A stretch of 63,812 bases of DNA, filler included, from Octopus bimaculoides (Eukaryota), in the NCBI RefSeq assembly GCF_001194135.2. It is 11 parts of 11 records of this genome, joined end to end, with 100 filler letters (N's around TTAATTAATTAA, not from the genome) between each part and the next. Parts side by side here need not be neighbours in the genome. Positions count along the whole stretch, not along the records: positions 62,721 to 63,812 come from NC_069007.1; 10 more parts are not named here. The stretch is one strand, 5' to 3'. Under the pieces are notes generated by a model. That model worked only from the letters and a program-made list of their open reading frames with translations. It made no database searches and was not told the DNA's origin. Numbering within the stretch: the first letter of the stretch is position 1; each line of letters begins with the position of its first letter. Shown in pieces: positions 63,655 to 63,812 of the stretch. A program made the translations under genes and the position numbers.

Positions 63655-63736
63655 AGCTAAAAATATTTTCAACATTAACATTATTATTGTTGCTGTAGTT
63701 CTTGATATTATTATTGTTGTAGATATTATTATTCTT

Positions 63737-63772
<36 letters not shown>

Positions 63773-63812
63773 GTCGTCGTCGTCGTCGTCATCATCATCA
63801 TCATCATTATTA
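63365..63812. repeat. Compound (CAT)n/(CGT)n/(TAC)n/(TTA)n microsatellite
   Basis: Direct reading. Confidence 0.95.

Overview
Eukaryotic, AT-rich DNA saturated with microsatellites and transposon remnants. The SINE families and repeat landscape look like an octopus (coleoid cephalopod) genome; this is an inference, not a database match. About 7 kb is N. Ten 100-bp artificial joins (44 N + TTAATTAATTAA + 44 N) mean adjacency across them is not guaranteed. I found no intact host gene, rRNA, true tRNA or CRISPR array. All long ORFs in the track are microsatellite/N read-throughs or decayed TE ORFs. Recognisable content: several fragments of restriction-like-endonuclease (RLE) non-LTR retrotransposons (R4/Dong-like and one HERO-like), a Tx1/L1-like ORF1 pseudogene, a CR1-group RT fragment, Tigger and Tc1/mariner transposase fragments, a palindromic mariner MITE, a hAT MITE with an exact 8-bp TSD, a non-autonomous Helitron and more than 25 tRNA-derived SINE copies. 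The most interesting signals: (1) minimal hammerhead-ribozyme motifs from at least three different Penelope-like repeat families (8456, 23726, 26216-26355, 35429); (2) a ~200-bp inverted repeat enclosing a 474-bp core with clustered NRF1/ETS/YY1-type promoter motifs (50901-51806); (3) an R4/Dong copy at (TAA)n with a 5'-inversion geometry. None of these can be called previously undescribed from sequence alone.
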